NCBI GenBank assembly: GCA_965207885.1
Contig: OZ242311.1
Coordinates: forward strand, 4,608,001-4,672,000
From: Candidatus Latescibacterota bacterium
GTDB taxonomy: Bacteria > Latescibacterota > UBA2968
Direction: 5' to 3'
Length of the DNA stretch: 64,000 nucleotides
The notes under the pieces are model-generated. The model ran no database searches. It had not been told where the DNA came from and was given only the letters and a program-made list of their open reading frames with translations. Of the stretch, positions 28,026 to 38,008 are shown one piece after another (the first letter of the stretch is position 1; each line of letters starts with the position of its first letter). Both the position numbers and the translations under genes were made by a program.

Positions 28026-28508
28026 TTACGGCATTGTGACTTGTAAGAGTTCGTCTGCTTTGTGCGCGAGATGATTTTCAAGCTGGTGCCCATCTCCCAT
28101 CAGGTCTTGCAATGTAATGCGGTCGAGCATCTGGTCAACCACAAATTGGATGGCATTCCAGAGGGAGCGAATTGAGCAATCGACAGCATGTGTGCAGCAG
28201 GCTTCATAGCCGGTGTGTTCATCGCAAAAGCCTTCGTTGAAGAACGGGTCGCCGAGGGCACCGAGTACATCGGAGATCAGGATTTCACTTGCGGGACGAG
28301 CCAATTTATACCCGCCGGCTTGACCGCGTACGCTTTCGACGAGGTCGCCCAGGCGCAAGAGGCGAACGAGCTTGCCGACATGGGCGGTGGATAATCCTTC
28401 GGCGCGGCTGATTTCGGGAATCGAAATGCTACCGCCGGTTTCAGATGCGCGCTGTGCTACCTGCATGAGACAGCGAAGGCCGTATTCTTCTTGTGTGCTC
28501 AATTTCAT
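28026..28508 (-). CDS. Rrf2 family regulator (IscR/SufR-like)
   Basis: EEYGLRCL, SVRGQAGGYKLARP, Cys cluster C..CC..C. Confidence 0.92.
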   Translation of the reverse strand: MKLSTQEEYGLRCLMQVAQRASETGGSISIPEISRAEGLSTAHVGKLVRLLRLGDLVESVRGQAGGYKLARPASEILISDVLGALGDPFFNEGFCDEHTGYEACCTHAVDCSIRSLWNAIQFVVDQMLDRITLQDLMGDGHQLENHLAHKADELLQVTMP

Positions 28509-28536
28509 AAAAGAACCTTTTCAGTGAGAGGCACTG

Positions 28537-28977
28537 TCAAAACATGCCCAATTCGAGTTTGGCCGCTTCTGACATGCGTTCTGGCGTCCAGGGAGGGTCG
28601 AATACGAGGTCGAGTTTGACATCGTAAACGCCTTCGGCAGATCGGGCTGCGGATTCGACCTGTCCGGGCAAAATACCCGCGGCGGGACAATTGGGGGCTG
28701 TGAGTGTCATTTGGACGTAGGTATTGCCGTCTTCTTCTACTTTGATTTCGTAGATGAGGCCCAGTTCGTAAATGTCAACGGGGATTTCTGGATCATATAC
28801 TGTTTTGAGTGCTTTTACGATTTTTTCTTTTACGGCTTCGGTGTCGATGGGGCCTTCTGGCGGGGATTTTTCGGGCGGTGATTCCGGGGCTTCAATATCG
28901 TGAACTTCTTCAGTATGGTCGGAATCATTGTTGGACGGTGCGTCTGTGTCTTTGCGGAAGATGTTCAGGAGGCTCAT
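28537..28977 (-). CDS. sufT: SUF system DUF59 protein
   Basis: VYDPEIPVDIYELGLIY..MTLTAPNCP..FDPPW. Confidence 0.9.
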   Translation of the reverse strand: MSLLNIFRKDTDAPSNNDSDHTEEVHDIEAPESPPEKSPPEGPIDTEAVKEKIVKALKTVYDPEIPVDIYELGLIYEIKVEEDGNTYVQMTLTAPNCPAAGILPGQVESAARSAEGVYDVKLDLVFDPPWTPERMSEAAKLELGMF

Positions 28978-28980
28978 GTG

Positions 28981-29433
28981 TTATCTCTCTGTGGTTATAG
29001 GCGTTTGGACATTGTCTATGGCTGCTCGGAGCGCGTGCCACGATAGGGTCGCGCATTTGATACGGGTGGGATAGTCGCGCACGCCGGCAAAAACGAATAG
29101 TTTGCCCATCTGGTCGAGGTCGAGATTGCTGGATGGGTCGGTGAGCATCGCATGAAAGTCTTTGAAATAGGTTTCTGTTTCGCCGAGGGTTTTGCCTTTG
29201 ATGGTTTCGGTCATTAAAGAAGCCGATGCTTTGGAAATGGCGCATCCCGAACCCTGAAAGCCAATGTCTTTTATGCGGTCGCCGTGGAGTTGGAGATAGA
29301 TCTGTACTTTATCGCCGCAAAGGGGATTGTAGCCTTTGGCAAAGCGGTCTGCTGGATCGAGTACGCGAAAATTTCTGGGGTTTTTGTTGTGATCCAGAAT
29401 GAGTTGCTGGTAGAGTTCGCGCAAATCTGACAT
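28981..29433 (-). CDS. sufU: SUF system NifU-type protein
   Basis: NPLCGD, GSGCAISKASAS, RIKCATLSWH. Confidence 0.95.
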   Translation of the reverse strand: MSDLRELYQQLILDHNKNPRNFRVLDPADRFAKGYNPLCGDKVQIYLQLHGDRIKDIGFQGSGCAISKASASLMTETIKGKTLGETETYFKDFHAMLTDPSSNLDLDQMGKLFVFAGVRDYPTRIKCATLSWHALRAAIDNVQTPITTER

Positions 29434-30713
29434 CAGCCAAAAATCTTTCGTACGCTGTGAAGGCCAGAGACCAGTGCGTCAATGTCTTCACGCGTGTTGT
29501 AAAATGCCAGGGAAGCACGCGTTGCTGCGGGTATGTCGTAGTGTTTCATAATGGGTTGCGCGCAGTGGTGCCCGGCGCGAACGGCGACGCCGGCCTGGTC
29601 GAGAATGGTGCCCACATCGTGGGGATGAATATCGGAGAGGGTAAATGAGAGCACACCTACTTTGCGCTCGGCTGTGCCGATCAGATTGAGGTCCGGCACG
29701 CCGCGCAGTGCGTCGTGTGCGTATTCCAGCAGATTGGCTTCGTATTTTGCCGCGCCATCAAAATCAATACTGTTGAGGTAATCAATGGCGGCTCCCAGGC
29801 CAATACTGCCCGCGATATTGGGCGTTCCCGCTTCAAATTTGTTGGGCAAGTTTCCGTACGTAATACTGTCGAAGTCAACGCTCTGGATCATGCTACCCCC
29901 ACCCTGGTAGGGCGGCATGGTATCGAGATATGTTTCGCAGCCGTACAGGACGCCAATACCCGTGGGTGCGAACATTTTGTGTCCCGAAAAGGTGTAGAAT
30001 TCACAACCGAGGGCGCGCACATCCACGCGCTGATGGGGCACGGCCTGTGCGCCGTCGATATGTACGGGCACGCCGTGGGCGTGTGCGATTTGCACGATTT
30101 CTTCCACGGGATTGACTGTGCCGAGCACATTGGAGATGTGTACGATGGAGACGAGTTTTGTGCGCGAAGAGAAAAGGGTTTGATACGTGTCCATGCAGAG
30201 TTCGCCCCGGTCGTTCATGGGGATGACGCGCAGTTTGGATCCCTTTTCCCGGCAGAGCATCCACCAGGGGACGATATTGGAATGGTGCTCCATTTCGGTG
30301 ATGATGATTTCGTCGCCCTCGCCGATTTGCTCGCGTCCAAAGGTTTGTGCAATGAGATTGATGCCTTCGGTGGTTCCGCGCACAAAGATGATTTCCCTGT
30401 CTGAGGCCGCATTGATAAAGGTCGCCACCTTTCTTCTGGCGGCTTCATAAGCATCGGTCGCTATTTGCGAGAGGTGGTGTACGCCTCTGTGTACATTGGC
30501 ATTCTGGTCGGTGTAATAATGCGAGAGGGCATCGATGACCGCGCGGGGTTTTTGCGCTGTGGCGCCATTGTCGAGGTACACGAGCGGTTGGCCCTGCACT
30601 TGTTGGCCCAGGATGGGGAAGTCCGCGCGAATGCGGCGCACGTCAAAAGGCTGTGCCGGGCGCACGGCTGGCTCGGGCGGTTGGAGTGTTAAGATGTCCA
30701 GAGGCGAATTCAT
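29433..30713 (-). CDS. sufS: Cysteine desulfurase
   Basis: YLDNGATAQKP, HRGVH, SGHKM, RAGHHCAQP. Confidence 0.97.
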   Translation of the reverse strand: MNSPLDILTLQPPEPAVRPAQPFDVRRIRADFPILGQQVQGQPLVYLDNGATAQKPRAVIDALSHYYTDQNANVHRGVHHLSQIATDAYEAARRKVATFINAASDREIIFVRGTTEGINLIAQTFGREQIGEGDEIIITEMEHHSNIVPWWMLCREKGSKLRVIPMNDRGELCMDTYQTLFSSRTKLVSIVHISNVLGTVNPVEEIVQIAHAHGVPVHIDGAQAVPHQRVDVRALGCEFYTFSGHKMFAPTGIGVLYGCETYLDTMPPYQGGGSMIQSVDFDSITYGNLPNKFEAGTPNIAGSIGLGAAIDYLNSIDFDGAAKYEANLLEYAHDALRGVPDLNLIGTAERKVGVLSFTLSDIHPHDVGTILDQAGVAVRAGHHCAQPIMKHYDIPAATRASLAFYNTREDIDALVSGLHSVRKIFG

Positions 30714-32035
30714 GCGATGTCCCTTGCATCGATGTGTTCGAGGCGGGTGTCGATTAAGTCGCTCAGGTGCGACCGCACGGGGGCGAGGGTCACGCGCCCG
30801 ATAATGTCATCGGCAAAAGCGCGGAGCAAAATTTGCTTTGCCTCGGTTTTGGGAATGCCGCGCGCTTGCAGGTAAAAGAGCGCGTTTTCGTCAAGTTGCC
30901 CTATTGTTGCGCCATGCGAACACTTGACTTCATCGGCGTAGATTTCGAGTTGGGGTTTGGTGTTGACGCGCGCGTTGTCCGAAAGCAGAATATTTTCGTT
31001 TTGCTGGTAGGCATCGGTGTGTTGCGCTTTTTGATGGACGTGAATTTTTCCCCGAAAAATCGCACGAGAAGATCCTCCCAAAATCCCTTTGTAGAGTTCG
31101 TGGCTGGGGCAATGGGGTTCGGCGTGTTCAAGCAGGGTGTAGTTATCGACTTGTTGGGATCCTTCGAGGGCATAAAATCCATTGACGGTGGCTTCACTGC
31201 CTTCGCCGCGCAGGTACGCGCTTACGTCGTTGCGAACAAATGCTCCGCCGAGCGTAAAATCGTGAAAGGTCATCCTGCTGCTGCGTCCGAGTTGTGCCTG
31301 AAAATTGGCGACGTGCAAACCCGCTGTGCCCTGCAATTCGAGGCGGATACAATTTACGCTGGCATTGTCGCGGGCTATGATTTCTGTGACTGCATTGGTA
31401 AAATAGGTCTCTGTGCCCGTTCCCGCATAGGTTTCAACAAGCGAAAGCTGGCTGTTTTCATCCGCGATGATCAGGTTGCGCGGATGAGATATTGTGGGGA
31501 TTTCTGACGCTGTTGTGATAAAGAGGATATGCACGGGGGCTTCGACTGTGATATTGCGCTGAACATGGATGAATATGCCATCGCGCATGAATGCCGTGTT
31601 GAGAGCGGTGAAGGCCAAATCTGTGGTTTGTGCAAGTTTGCCCAGGTGCGCTTTGACGAGTGGATGGTCGTAAACGTCGGCGAGGTTGGCAATGGTTATG
31701 CCTTCTGGTACGTCAGATGTGTGTTCTGGCGCGTAATGCCCATTGACGAATACGAGGCGGATGCCTTGCAGGTCGGGATAGATGAAGGGTTCCAGTTCTG
31801 CATCTGCAAGAGTGGCAGGGGCTGCAGGCTCAAAGTTGGTTCTGATGAGCGCAGATGGATTCATACTTTTCCAGGCTTCATCCGCTGTGGTGGGATATCC
31901 CAGGCGGTCAAAGTCGGCGATTGCCTGTTGGCGCAATGCTCTCAGTGGCTGGCCATTTAGGCTGGATTCAAATTTTTGAATCCAGGATGTGTGATTAGAC
32001 GCTGTGTGTCGCGTGTTCTTCTTTGATCCAGTCAT
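30710..32035 (-). CDS. sufD: Fe-S cluster assembly protein SufD
   Basis: [31 protein letters not shown]; start moved to the ATG overlapping the sufC end. Confidence 0.93.
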   Translation of the reverse strand: MTGSKKNTRHTASNHTSWIQKFESSLNGQPLRALRQQAIADFDRLGYPTTADEAWKSMNPSALIRTNFEPAAPATLADAELEPFIYPDLQGIRLVFVNGHYAPEHTSDVPEGITIANLADVYDHPLVKAHLGKLAQTTDLAFTALNTAFMRDGIFIHVQRNITVEAPVHILFITTASEIPTISHPRNLIIADENSQLSLVETYAGTGTETYFTNAVTEIIARDNASVNCIRLELQGTAGLHVANFQAQLGRSSRMTFHDFTLGGAFVRNDVSAYLRGEGSEATVNGFYALEGSQQVDNYTLLEHAEPHCPSHELYKGILGGSSRAIFRGKIHVHQKAQHTDAYQQNENILLSDNARVNTKPQLEIYADEVKCSHGATIGQLDENALFYLQARGIPKTEAKQILLRAFADDIIGRVTLAPVRSHLSDLIDTRLEHIDARDIA

Positions 32036-32756
32036 AGCCTTTTTCTTCCAATTCCAGGGCGAGTGTTTTGTCGCCCGATTGCACGATGCGTCCGTCGAGT
32101 ATAACGTGGACGAAGTCGGGCACGATGTTGTTGAGCAAGCGCTGATAGTGCGTGACCACAATGGTCGCTTTGTCCGCGCTGTGGAGTGTATTGACGCCGT
32201 TGGCAACAACGCGCAGGGCGTCGATATCGAGTCCGGAGTCGGTTTCGTCGAGTATGGCGAGGCGGGGTTCCAGAACAGCCATTTGCAAAATTTCATGGCG
32301 TTTTTTTTCGCCGCCAGAAAAGCCTTCGTTTACCGAACGTTTGAGGAATTTTTCGTCCATTTCGACCAGTTTGAGTTTGTCGCGAATCAGCGCGAGGAAG
32401 TCTATGGCATCGACTTCTTCTTCATCTCTGGCCGTTCGAAGGGCGTTGAGTGCTGTGCGCAGGAAGTACGCGCTGTTGACACCGGGTATTTCTACCGGGT
32501 ACTGAAAGGCGAGGAAGACGCCATGTGCTGCGCGTTCATCCGGGTCCATATCGAGCAGGTCCTGGCCCTCGTAGATGACTTCGCCTTCTGTAACGCTATA
32601 GGCTTCGTGCCCCGCGAGTACCTGGGCCAATGTGCTTTTGCCCGATCCGTTGGGGCCCATAATGGCGTGGATTTCTCCCGCGTTGACCGCGAGGTCGATG
32701 CCGTGAAGAATTTCCGCGCCTTCCACACCTGCGTGTAGGTTCCGAATTTCGAGCAT
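31995..32756 (-). CDS. sufC: Fe-S cluster assembly ATPase SufC
   Basis: [31 protein letters not shown]. Confidence 0.97.
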   Translation of the reverse strand: MLEIRNLHAGVEGAEILHGIDLAVNAGEIHAIMGPNGSGKSTLAQVLAGHEAYSVTEGEVIYEGQDLLDMDPDERAAHGVFLAFQYPVEIPGVNSAYFLRTALNALRTARDEEEVDAIDFLALIRDKLKLVEMDEKFLKRSVNEGFSGGEKKRHEILQMAVLEPRLAILDETDSGLDIDALRVVANGVNTLHSADKATIVVTHYQRLLNNIVPDFVHVILDGRIVQSGDKTLALELEEKGYDWIKEEHATHSV

Positions 32757-32777
32757 GTTATTTCCTTAGAGTGTGAT

Positions 32778-34247
32778 CTAACCGACGCTGCCTTCGAGGC
32801 TGATGCCGAGGAGTTTTTGGGCTTCGACTGCAAATTCCATGGGTAGTTCTGCGAGAACTTCTTTGCAGAAGCCGTTGACGATCATTGAGACGGCGTCTTC
32901 TGTGGAGATGCCGCGCTGGTTGCAATAGAAGATCTGATCTTCGCCAATTTTGGATGTGGTGGCTTCGTGTTCGACCTGCGCGGATGGGTTGCGCACGTCG
33001 ATATAGGGAAAGGTGTGTGCGCCACACTGGTCGCCGATGAGCATGGAGTCGCATTGCGTAAAGTTTCTGGCGTTGTGCGCGCCTTTGAGCACTTGTACGG
33101 CTCCGCGATAGGTGTTTTGTCCGAGCAGGGCGGATATGCCTTTGGAGATGATGGTACTTCGAGTATTTTTCCCTATGTGAATCATTTTTGTGCCGGTGTC
33201 CGCCTGTTGTTTCAGGGAAGTGACGGCGACAGAGTAAAATTCGCCAACTGAGTTGTCACCCTGAAGAATGCAACTCGGATATTTCCAGGTGATGGCCGAT
33301 CCGGTTTCGACTTGTGTCCATGAGATTTTGGAATTTGCGCCCCGGCAAGCGCCGCGTTTGGTGACGAAGTTGTAGATGCCGCCTTTGCCATCTATGTCGC
33401 CGGGATACCAGTTCTGGACGGTGGAGTATTTGATCTGTGCATTGTCGAGTGCGACGAGTTCGACTACGGCGGCGTGGAGTTGATTTTCGTCGCGCATTGG
33501 CGCTGTGCACCCTTCCAAATACGATACATAAGCACCCTCTTCAGCGATGACGAGCGTGCGCTCAAACTGCCCGGTGTTGGCGGCGTTGATGCGGAAATAA
33601 GTCGATAATTCCATTGGGCAGCGCACGCCTTTGGGGATATAGCAAAAGGACCCATCGCTAAAGACAGCCGAGTTGAGGGCGGCAAAATAATTGTCGGTGT
33701 GCGGGACGACAGAACCGAGATACTGGCGCACGAGGTCGGGATGATCTTGCACGGCTTCTGAAAAAGAGCAAAAGATAACGCCCGCTTCGGCGAGTGTTTC
33801 CTTAAAGGTGGTCGCGACTGAGACGCTGTCAAAGACCGCATCGACAGCCACACCGGCCAGCATTTTTTGCTCTTCGAGAGGTATGCCGAGTTTTTCATAG
33901 GTGGCGAGCAGTTCGGGATCGACTTCGTCCAGGCTTGCGGGACCATCGCCTGCGTTTTTCGGTGCTGCGTAATACACGATGCTTTGATAGTCGATATCGG
34001 GGTAGGTGACCATGGCCCACTGTTCGCTTTTTTTGCGTTTGAGCGGGTCTGTCATGGTCAGCCAATGGCGATAGGCTTTTAAGCGCCATTCGAGCAGCCA
34101 GTCGGGTTCATTTTTTTTCTCAGAAATAAATCGAATAATGTCTTCGTTCAGACCTGGAGGCGCAGATTCCTGCTCGATATCTGTCACCCATCCAAATTTG
34201 TAATCACTCGTTGCGAGCGTTTCAAGTTCCTGGGCTTGTGAACTCAT
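32778..34247 (-). CDS. sufB: Fe-S cluster assembly protein SufB
   Basis: [43 protein letters not shown]. Confidence 0.97.
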   Translation of the reverse strand: MSSQAQELETLATSDYKFGWVTDIEQESAPPGLNEDIIRFISEKKNEPDWLLEWRLKAYRHWLTMTDPLKRKKSEQWAMVTYPDIDYQSIVYYAAPKNAGDGPASLDEVDPELLATYEKLGIPLEEQKMLAGVAVDAVFDSVSVATTFKETLAEAGVIFCSFSEAVQDHPDLVRQYLGSVVPHTDNYFAALNSAVFSDGSFCYIPKGVRCPMELSTYFRINAANTGQFERTLVIAEEGAYVSYLEGCTAPMRDENQLHAAVVELVALDNAQIKYSTVQNWYPGDIDGKGGIYNFVTKRGACRGANSKISWTQVETGSAITWKYPSCILQGDNSVGEFYSVAVTSLKQQADTGTKMIHIGKNTRSTIISKGISALLGQNTYRGAVQVLKGAHNARNFTQCDSMLIGDQCGAHTFPYIDVRNPSAQVEHEATTSKIGEDQIFYCNQRGISTEDAVSMIVNGFCKEVLAELPMEFAVEAQKLLGISLEGSVG

Positions 34248-34292
34248 TGTAGAACTCCTTTTGAGGTCTAAAAAGTAAGCCGTGCAATGGCA

Positions 34293-34326
34293 AACTTACC
34301 TAAAGCATACAAAAATGTCAAGATTA
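34293..34326 (-). promoter_or_regulatory. Sigma70 promoter of the suf operon with overlapping imperfect palindrome (candidate Rrf2 operator)
   Basis: TTGACA-17 nt-TAAGTT; TAATCTTGAC-N6-GTATGCTTTA. Confidence 0.6.
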
Positions 34327-34384
34327 AAGACGAAAAAAAATTAAAAAATAATTTGTTGTAAAGTAATATATTAGAGGTGATAAA

Positions 34385-34807
34385 TTATCCCCATGCCTTG
34401 CCGCTGGCGCGCCTGCGACGCTTGCTGCCGGGCAGGTCTTTTTTGGCAACGGCAAAGCCGAGTAGCCCTTTTTGTCCGAGCTTTTTGAGATAGGCGAGCA
34501 GGGATATTTCGGCTTCTTTCACATTGAGCTGGTGGATTTTGCTCAGGCGTTTAATGATGGCTTCGACGGTTGTGCGCCCGTCACACATGTCCCAGACCTG
34601 CGCGCCAATTTCGTCGAGTACCAGTGTTTTTTGTTGGGGAATCCAAAAGATTTTAGATAGCGTGCGCACTTTCCACGAATCGCCGCGGGTGAGGGTGACG
34701 TGGATCTCGCCATCGTCGTTTTTTTCCCATTCGACCTGGTTGTTGCGAACGGGTTTGGATTTGAACATGGCTTCGCGGCCAATTTTGGGTTGTTTTTTGA
34801 ATAGCAT
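34385..34807 (-). CDS. PqqD-family (RiPP recognition element-like) protein
   Basis: LDEIGAQVWDMCDGRTTVEAII..YLKKLGQKGLL winged helix. Confidence 0.85.
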   Translation of the reverse strand: MLFKKQPKIGREAMFKSKPVRNNQVEWEKNDDGEIHVTLTRGDSWKVRTLSKIFWIPQQKTLVLDEIGAQVWDMCDGRTTVEAIIKRLSKIHQLNVKEAEISLLAYLKKLGQKGLLGFAVAKKDLPGSKRRRRASGKAWG

Positions 34808-34846
34808 AACAGGACTCCGCGAATAGATAGGATAAACAATATTCTG

Positions 34847-35794
34847 TCAGGAAATGGCTGTTACATCCTTGCAATAGGCATCGAGGTTTGGGGCACCTTC
34901 GGATTTTTTCCAGTAGGTCTGTACGACAAAAATTTTATTGGTCTCCATATCGGTCCAAACCCGTCCCGAAAGGTTCTGACGGGGGCGCATATTCCAAAAG
35001 GGCAAGGGTTGAAGAAGGCCCTGCCATCGACTTTTGGGATGTCCATTGATCGAGAGTACAATATTGGAACCATGAGTTTGGATATCAGTTTCAATGTGAA
35101 TATGTCGAAGATCTTTTGTAAAAAATTCGACGTACCATTCATCGAGGTCTTTGCTACTGAGGATTGTGCGCGCTAAGCTGAAGCGGTCTATATTGAGCCG
35201 GGTCCGAGTGCTGTCTTTTTGAAATCTCAAGCCTATATGCCCGGATTTGAGCTCAAAATTTTCGAGTTCGTATTCCGGGGGGGATTGGCAGATCATGTCG
35301 TAGAGTGCCCAGGTCAGGGGATCGCCGGGTGGGGTGTCTCGAAGGGTATTGAAGATGGGAGGCAGAACAGCATCGAGGTTTTCATCCGTGCGCCCCATAA
35401 TGCGAATAAAAATGAGACGGTCCGAGGCGGGGCTATACGTCGCGAGCGTGTGTACTGTGTAACGCGATTCCCACACAAAATACTGCGTGTTTTGCATGGC
35501 GGGAAGGTCGAGGTCAATGGCTTTGGGGTTGCGTTCAACGCGCAGACGGCTTTTTTGTTTTTTGGCGTTTTTTGCCAGACCTTCGATGTAGCGATCCACA
35601 ATTTGCGCCACGCGGTCATCCCCTCGCGCTTCTTTCCATTCGAGTTCGAGGCGTGCAATTTGAGAATCGTCGAGGCGCACTTCGCCCGAGTTGGCTTCGC
35701 CCGATATTTTACCCGGGTTCCATTCTGATGGAATGGTCAGGCCAATGCCATGCCAGGAAAAGGGTGCGTATTCGTCAAATGTGAGGTTTTTCAT
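34847..35794 (-). CDS. Hypothetical protein co-oriented with the PqqD gene
   Basis: 315-aa ORF; two similar halves by eye (FSWHGIGLTIPSEW / WALYDMICQSPPEY). Confidence 0.75.
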   Translation of the reverse strand: MKNLTFDEYAPFSWHGIGLTIPSEWNPGKISGEANSGEVRLDDSQIARLELEWKEARGDDRVAQIVDRYIEGLAKNAKKQKSRLRVERNPKAIDLDLPAMQNTQYFVWESRYTVHTLATYSPASDRLIFIRIMGRTDENLDAVLPPIFNTLRDTPPGDPLTWALYDMICQSPPEYELENFELKSGHIGLRFQKDSTRTRLNIDRFSLARTILSSKDLDEWYVEFFTKDLRHIHIETDIQTHGSNIVLSINGHPKSRWQGLLQPLPFWNMRPRQNLSGRVWTDMETNKIFVVQTYWKKSEGAPNLDAYCKDVTAIS

Positions 35795-35958
35795 GGTGCT
35801 CTTTCCGTTCCGTGCTCGTGCGTCTGCGCTCACACAGATAAGATACAAGTGGGTATTTGCGGTGTCAAGAGAGGATATGTAGATGTATTTACGTTGTTTA
35901 GTGTGGATGAAATAGGGAAAGAGAGTACATTTTTTTTAAAATTATTTGAGATGAAAAC

Positions 35959-35997
35959 TTGACGGATGCACGAACGTTCACTATATTCAAATGTGCA
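35959..35997 (+). promoter_or_regulatory. lexA sigma70 promoter with candidate LexA operator(s)
   Basis: TTGACG-17 nt-TATATT; TGCAC-GAAC-GTTCA in the spacer (35967-35980); weaker TATTC-AAAT-GTGCA (35984-35997). Confidence 0.65.
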
Positions 35998-36043
35998 GGT
36001 TATTGATATATGCGTTTTTAAAAAATAAATAAGGAGGTGTGTT

Positions 36044-36673
36044 ATGCGAAAAAAACTAACTGCGCGCCAACAGGAGATATACGATTTTATTGCCCAGGTG
36101 ATTCGCAACCAGGGATATCCGCCTACGATCCGAGAAATTATGGAGGCTTTTGGCATTGCTTCAACCAATGGCGTACGAACCACGCTGTCTGCATTGGAAA
36201 AGAAGGGGTATATTCGGCGAACTGCCATGCTGTCGCGCAGTATTGAGTTGACGGATTATCAGGCACGCGATGCATCGCTTTCTGGCGATGTGCGCGAAGT
36301 GCCAGTGATTGGGCGCGTTGCTGCCGGTGAACCGATTCTGGCAATGGAAAATATCGAGAGTACGCTTGCGGTTGATTCCGGGTTTGTGCCGCGCGGCGAT
36401 GTTTTTGCCCTTCAGGTTGAGGGTGATAGCATGCGCGACGCCGGAATATTAGACGGCGATTTTGTGCTCGCGCGCCATCAAGAATCCGCCCATCAAGGTG
36501 AGATTGTCGTGGCTGTGATTGGCGAAGAAGCGACGGTTAAGCGCTACTATCGAGAGGGTTCACAGGTTAAGTTGGTGCCCGAAAATGAAGCCTATCAACC
36601 CATTGTGGTGGGTGAAAGCCACGAGTCATTCCGTATTGCCGGTAAAATTGTGGGTTTGATGCGGTCTTTTTAG
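36044..36673 (+). CDS. lexA: SOS repressor LexA
   Basis: LTARQQEI..PPTIREI; VAAGEP cleavage site; GDSM (Ser); ATVKR (Lys). Confidence 0.97.
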   Translation: MRKKLTARQQEIYDFIAQVIRNQGYPPTIREIMEAFGIASTNGVRTTLSALEKKGYIRRTAMLSRSIELTDYQARDASLSGDVREVPVIGRVAAGEPILAMENIESTLAVDSGFVPRGDVFALQVEGDSMRDAGILDGDFVLARHQESAHQGEIVVAVIGEEATVKRYYREGSQVKLVPENEAYQPIVVGESHESFRIAGKIVGLMRSF

Positions 36674-36703
36674 ACGAGGCAGAATGCCGCTGCGTGACAG
36701 AAC

Positions 36704-36735
36704 AAAAGAGAGGTCTTAACAGATCTCTCTTTTTT
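36704..36735. terminator. Bidirectional terminator between lexA and dprA
   Basis: AAAAGAGAGGTC-TTAACA-GATCTCTCTTTT. Confidence 0.75.
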
Positions 36736-37852
36736 ATTTTTTTTGCCTGAAATGCATGCCCGGCAGTTGTTCGACATTGCCCTGGATTTCGAGGCTCAAG
36801 AGGATGTTGAGGGTTTCTCCAGAAGAGAATCCCGCGGCTCTGGCGAGGGTGTCAATATGTACGGGGGTCGCATCGTCAGACGGGTTGGCAAGAGCGTCCC
36901 ATACGCGTTGTTCTCGGTCGGATAGAGAGGGTTGCTCAGAGGGTTGATGCTCGTTCTGCTCCGTTGCGGGGGGGAGCGCTGACTGATGTTCAATTTCGCT
37001 CAAAATATCTTGCGCTGTCTGCACGAGAATGGCTCCCTGGCTGAGAAGACTATTTGTGCCCTGACTTTTTCCCGAGTAAATTGGACCGGGTACGGCAAAG
37101 ACATCGCGGTTCTGGTCAAGAGCAAATTGGGCGGTGATGAGTGCGCCGCTCTGTTTGCCCGCTTCAACAACGACTGTGCCGAGGCTCAAGCCACTGATGA
37201 TGCGGTTGCGTCTTGGAAAGTTGTGGGCTTCTGGACCGGTGCCCAGTGGGAATTCTGAGAAGACCACACCGCGTTCACATATTTGTTGAAATAGGGTGCG
37301 ATTTTCAGGTGGATAGGGACAATCGAGGCTGCTGCCAAGCACTGCTGCTGTTGCGCCGTGTTCGAGTGCCCCCCGGTGTGCATGGGTATCAATGCCGACG
37401 GCCATTCCGCTGACTACTGTTATGCCCGCTCTGGCGAGATCACTTCCCAGGCGATGCGCGGTTTCCCGTCCATAAGCCGTGAAAGAGCGCGAGCCGACAA
37501 TGCTTATGGTGGGGCTGTGGCAATGGCTTATGTCGCCTTTTGCAAAGAGCAGAGGTGGTGGGGCGTAGATTTGGGTTAGAATTTCGGGATAGAGGGGATC
37601 TGTGAGCGTGCAGATCTGGATGTCGAGGTCTTTTGCGCGTGAGACTTGATCTCGCGCCCATGTCCAGTCTCGATTGGTAGAGATAGATTGTGCGGTACTG
37701 GGACCAATGCCGGGGATTTCGCACAGTGCTCTGGGAGATTGCAAGAGAATATTTTCCGGTGTTTCAAAATGCTCGAGAAGAGCGCAATAGGCAGCGGGAC
37801 CCAGACCCGGTACGGCATAGAGTACCAGCCAAGGTAGAGCGTGGTCACACAT
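36734..37852 (-). CDS. dprA: DNA processing protein DprA
   Basis: IVGSR, VSGMAVGIDTHAH, FPRRNRIISGLS, SGALITA, FAVPG. Confidence 0.96.
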   Translation of the reverse strand: MCDHALPWLVLYAVPGLGPAAYCALLEHFETPENILLQSPRALCEIPGIGPSTAQSISTNRDWTWARDQVSRAKDLDIQICTLTDPLYPEILTQIYAPPPLLFAKGDISHCHSPTISIVGSRSFTAYGRETAHRLGSDLARAGITVVSGMAVGIDTHAHRGALEHGATAAVLGSSLDCPYPPENRTLFQQICERGVVFSEFPLGTGPEAHNFPRRNRIISGLSLGTVVVEAGKQSGALITAQFALDQNRDVFAVPGPIYSGKSQGTNSLLSQGAILVQTAQDILSEIEHQSALPPATEQNEHQPSEQPSLSDREQRVWDALANPSDDATPVHIDTLARAAGFSSGETLNILLSLEIQGNVEQLPGMHFRQKK

Positions 37853-37890
37853 AATGTCTCGTTTGAGATGGAGTTTTTGGGGATATAGAC

Positions 37891-37907
37891 AGCAATGTTT
37901 ATGCCAA
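37891..37907 (-). promoter_or_regulatory. Sigma54 (-24/-12) promoter upstream of dprA
   Basis: Minus strand TTGGCATAAACATTGCT matches TGGCACG-N4-TTGCW with exact GG-N10-GC spacing, 38 nt from the ATG. Confidence 0.65.
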
Positions 37908-37937
37908 AAAAAAAGCCCGTTAAATGGGCTTTTTTTC
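37906..37937 (-). terminator. Terminator after the sulfatase gene
   Basis: AAAAAAAGCCC-loop-GGGCTTTTTTT. Confidence 0.7.
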
Positions 37938-38008
37938 TTTTTTATGTGAATATTTTGTTCACAATGCGGATGATGGGTTGAAATATTTGAATACTGGAAG
38001 AGAAGGAT

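Noticed and set aside
29715-32738. Long antisense ORFs opposite suf genes (and similar shadow ORFs throughout the track)
   Set aside because: They overlap well-conserved genes on the other strand, lack motifs and RBSs, and are typical codon-bias shadows.
37945-37963. CRP or Rex binding site
   Set aside because: Half-site spacing does not fit TGTGA-N6-TCACA or TTGTGAA-N4-TTCACAA; kept only as a possible enhancer site.
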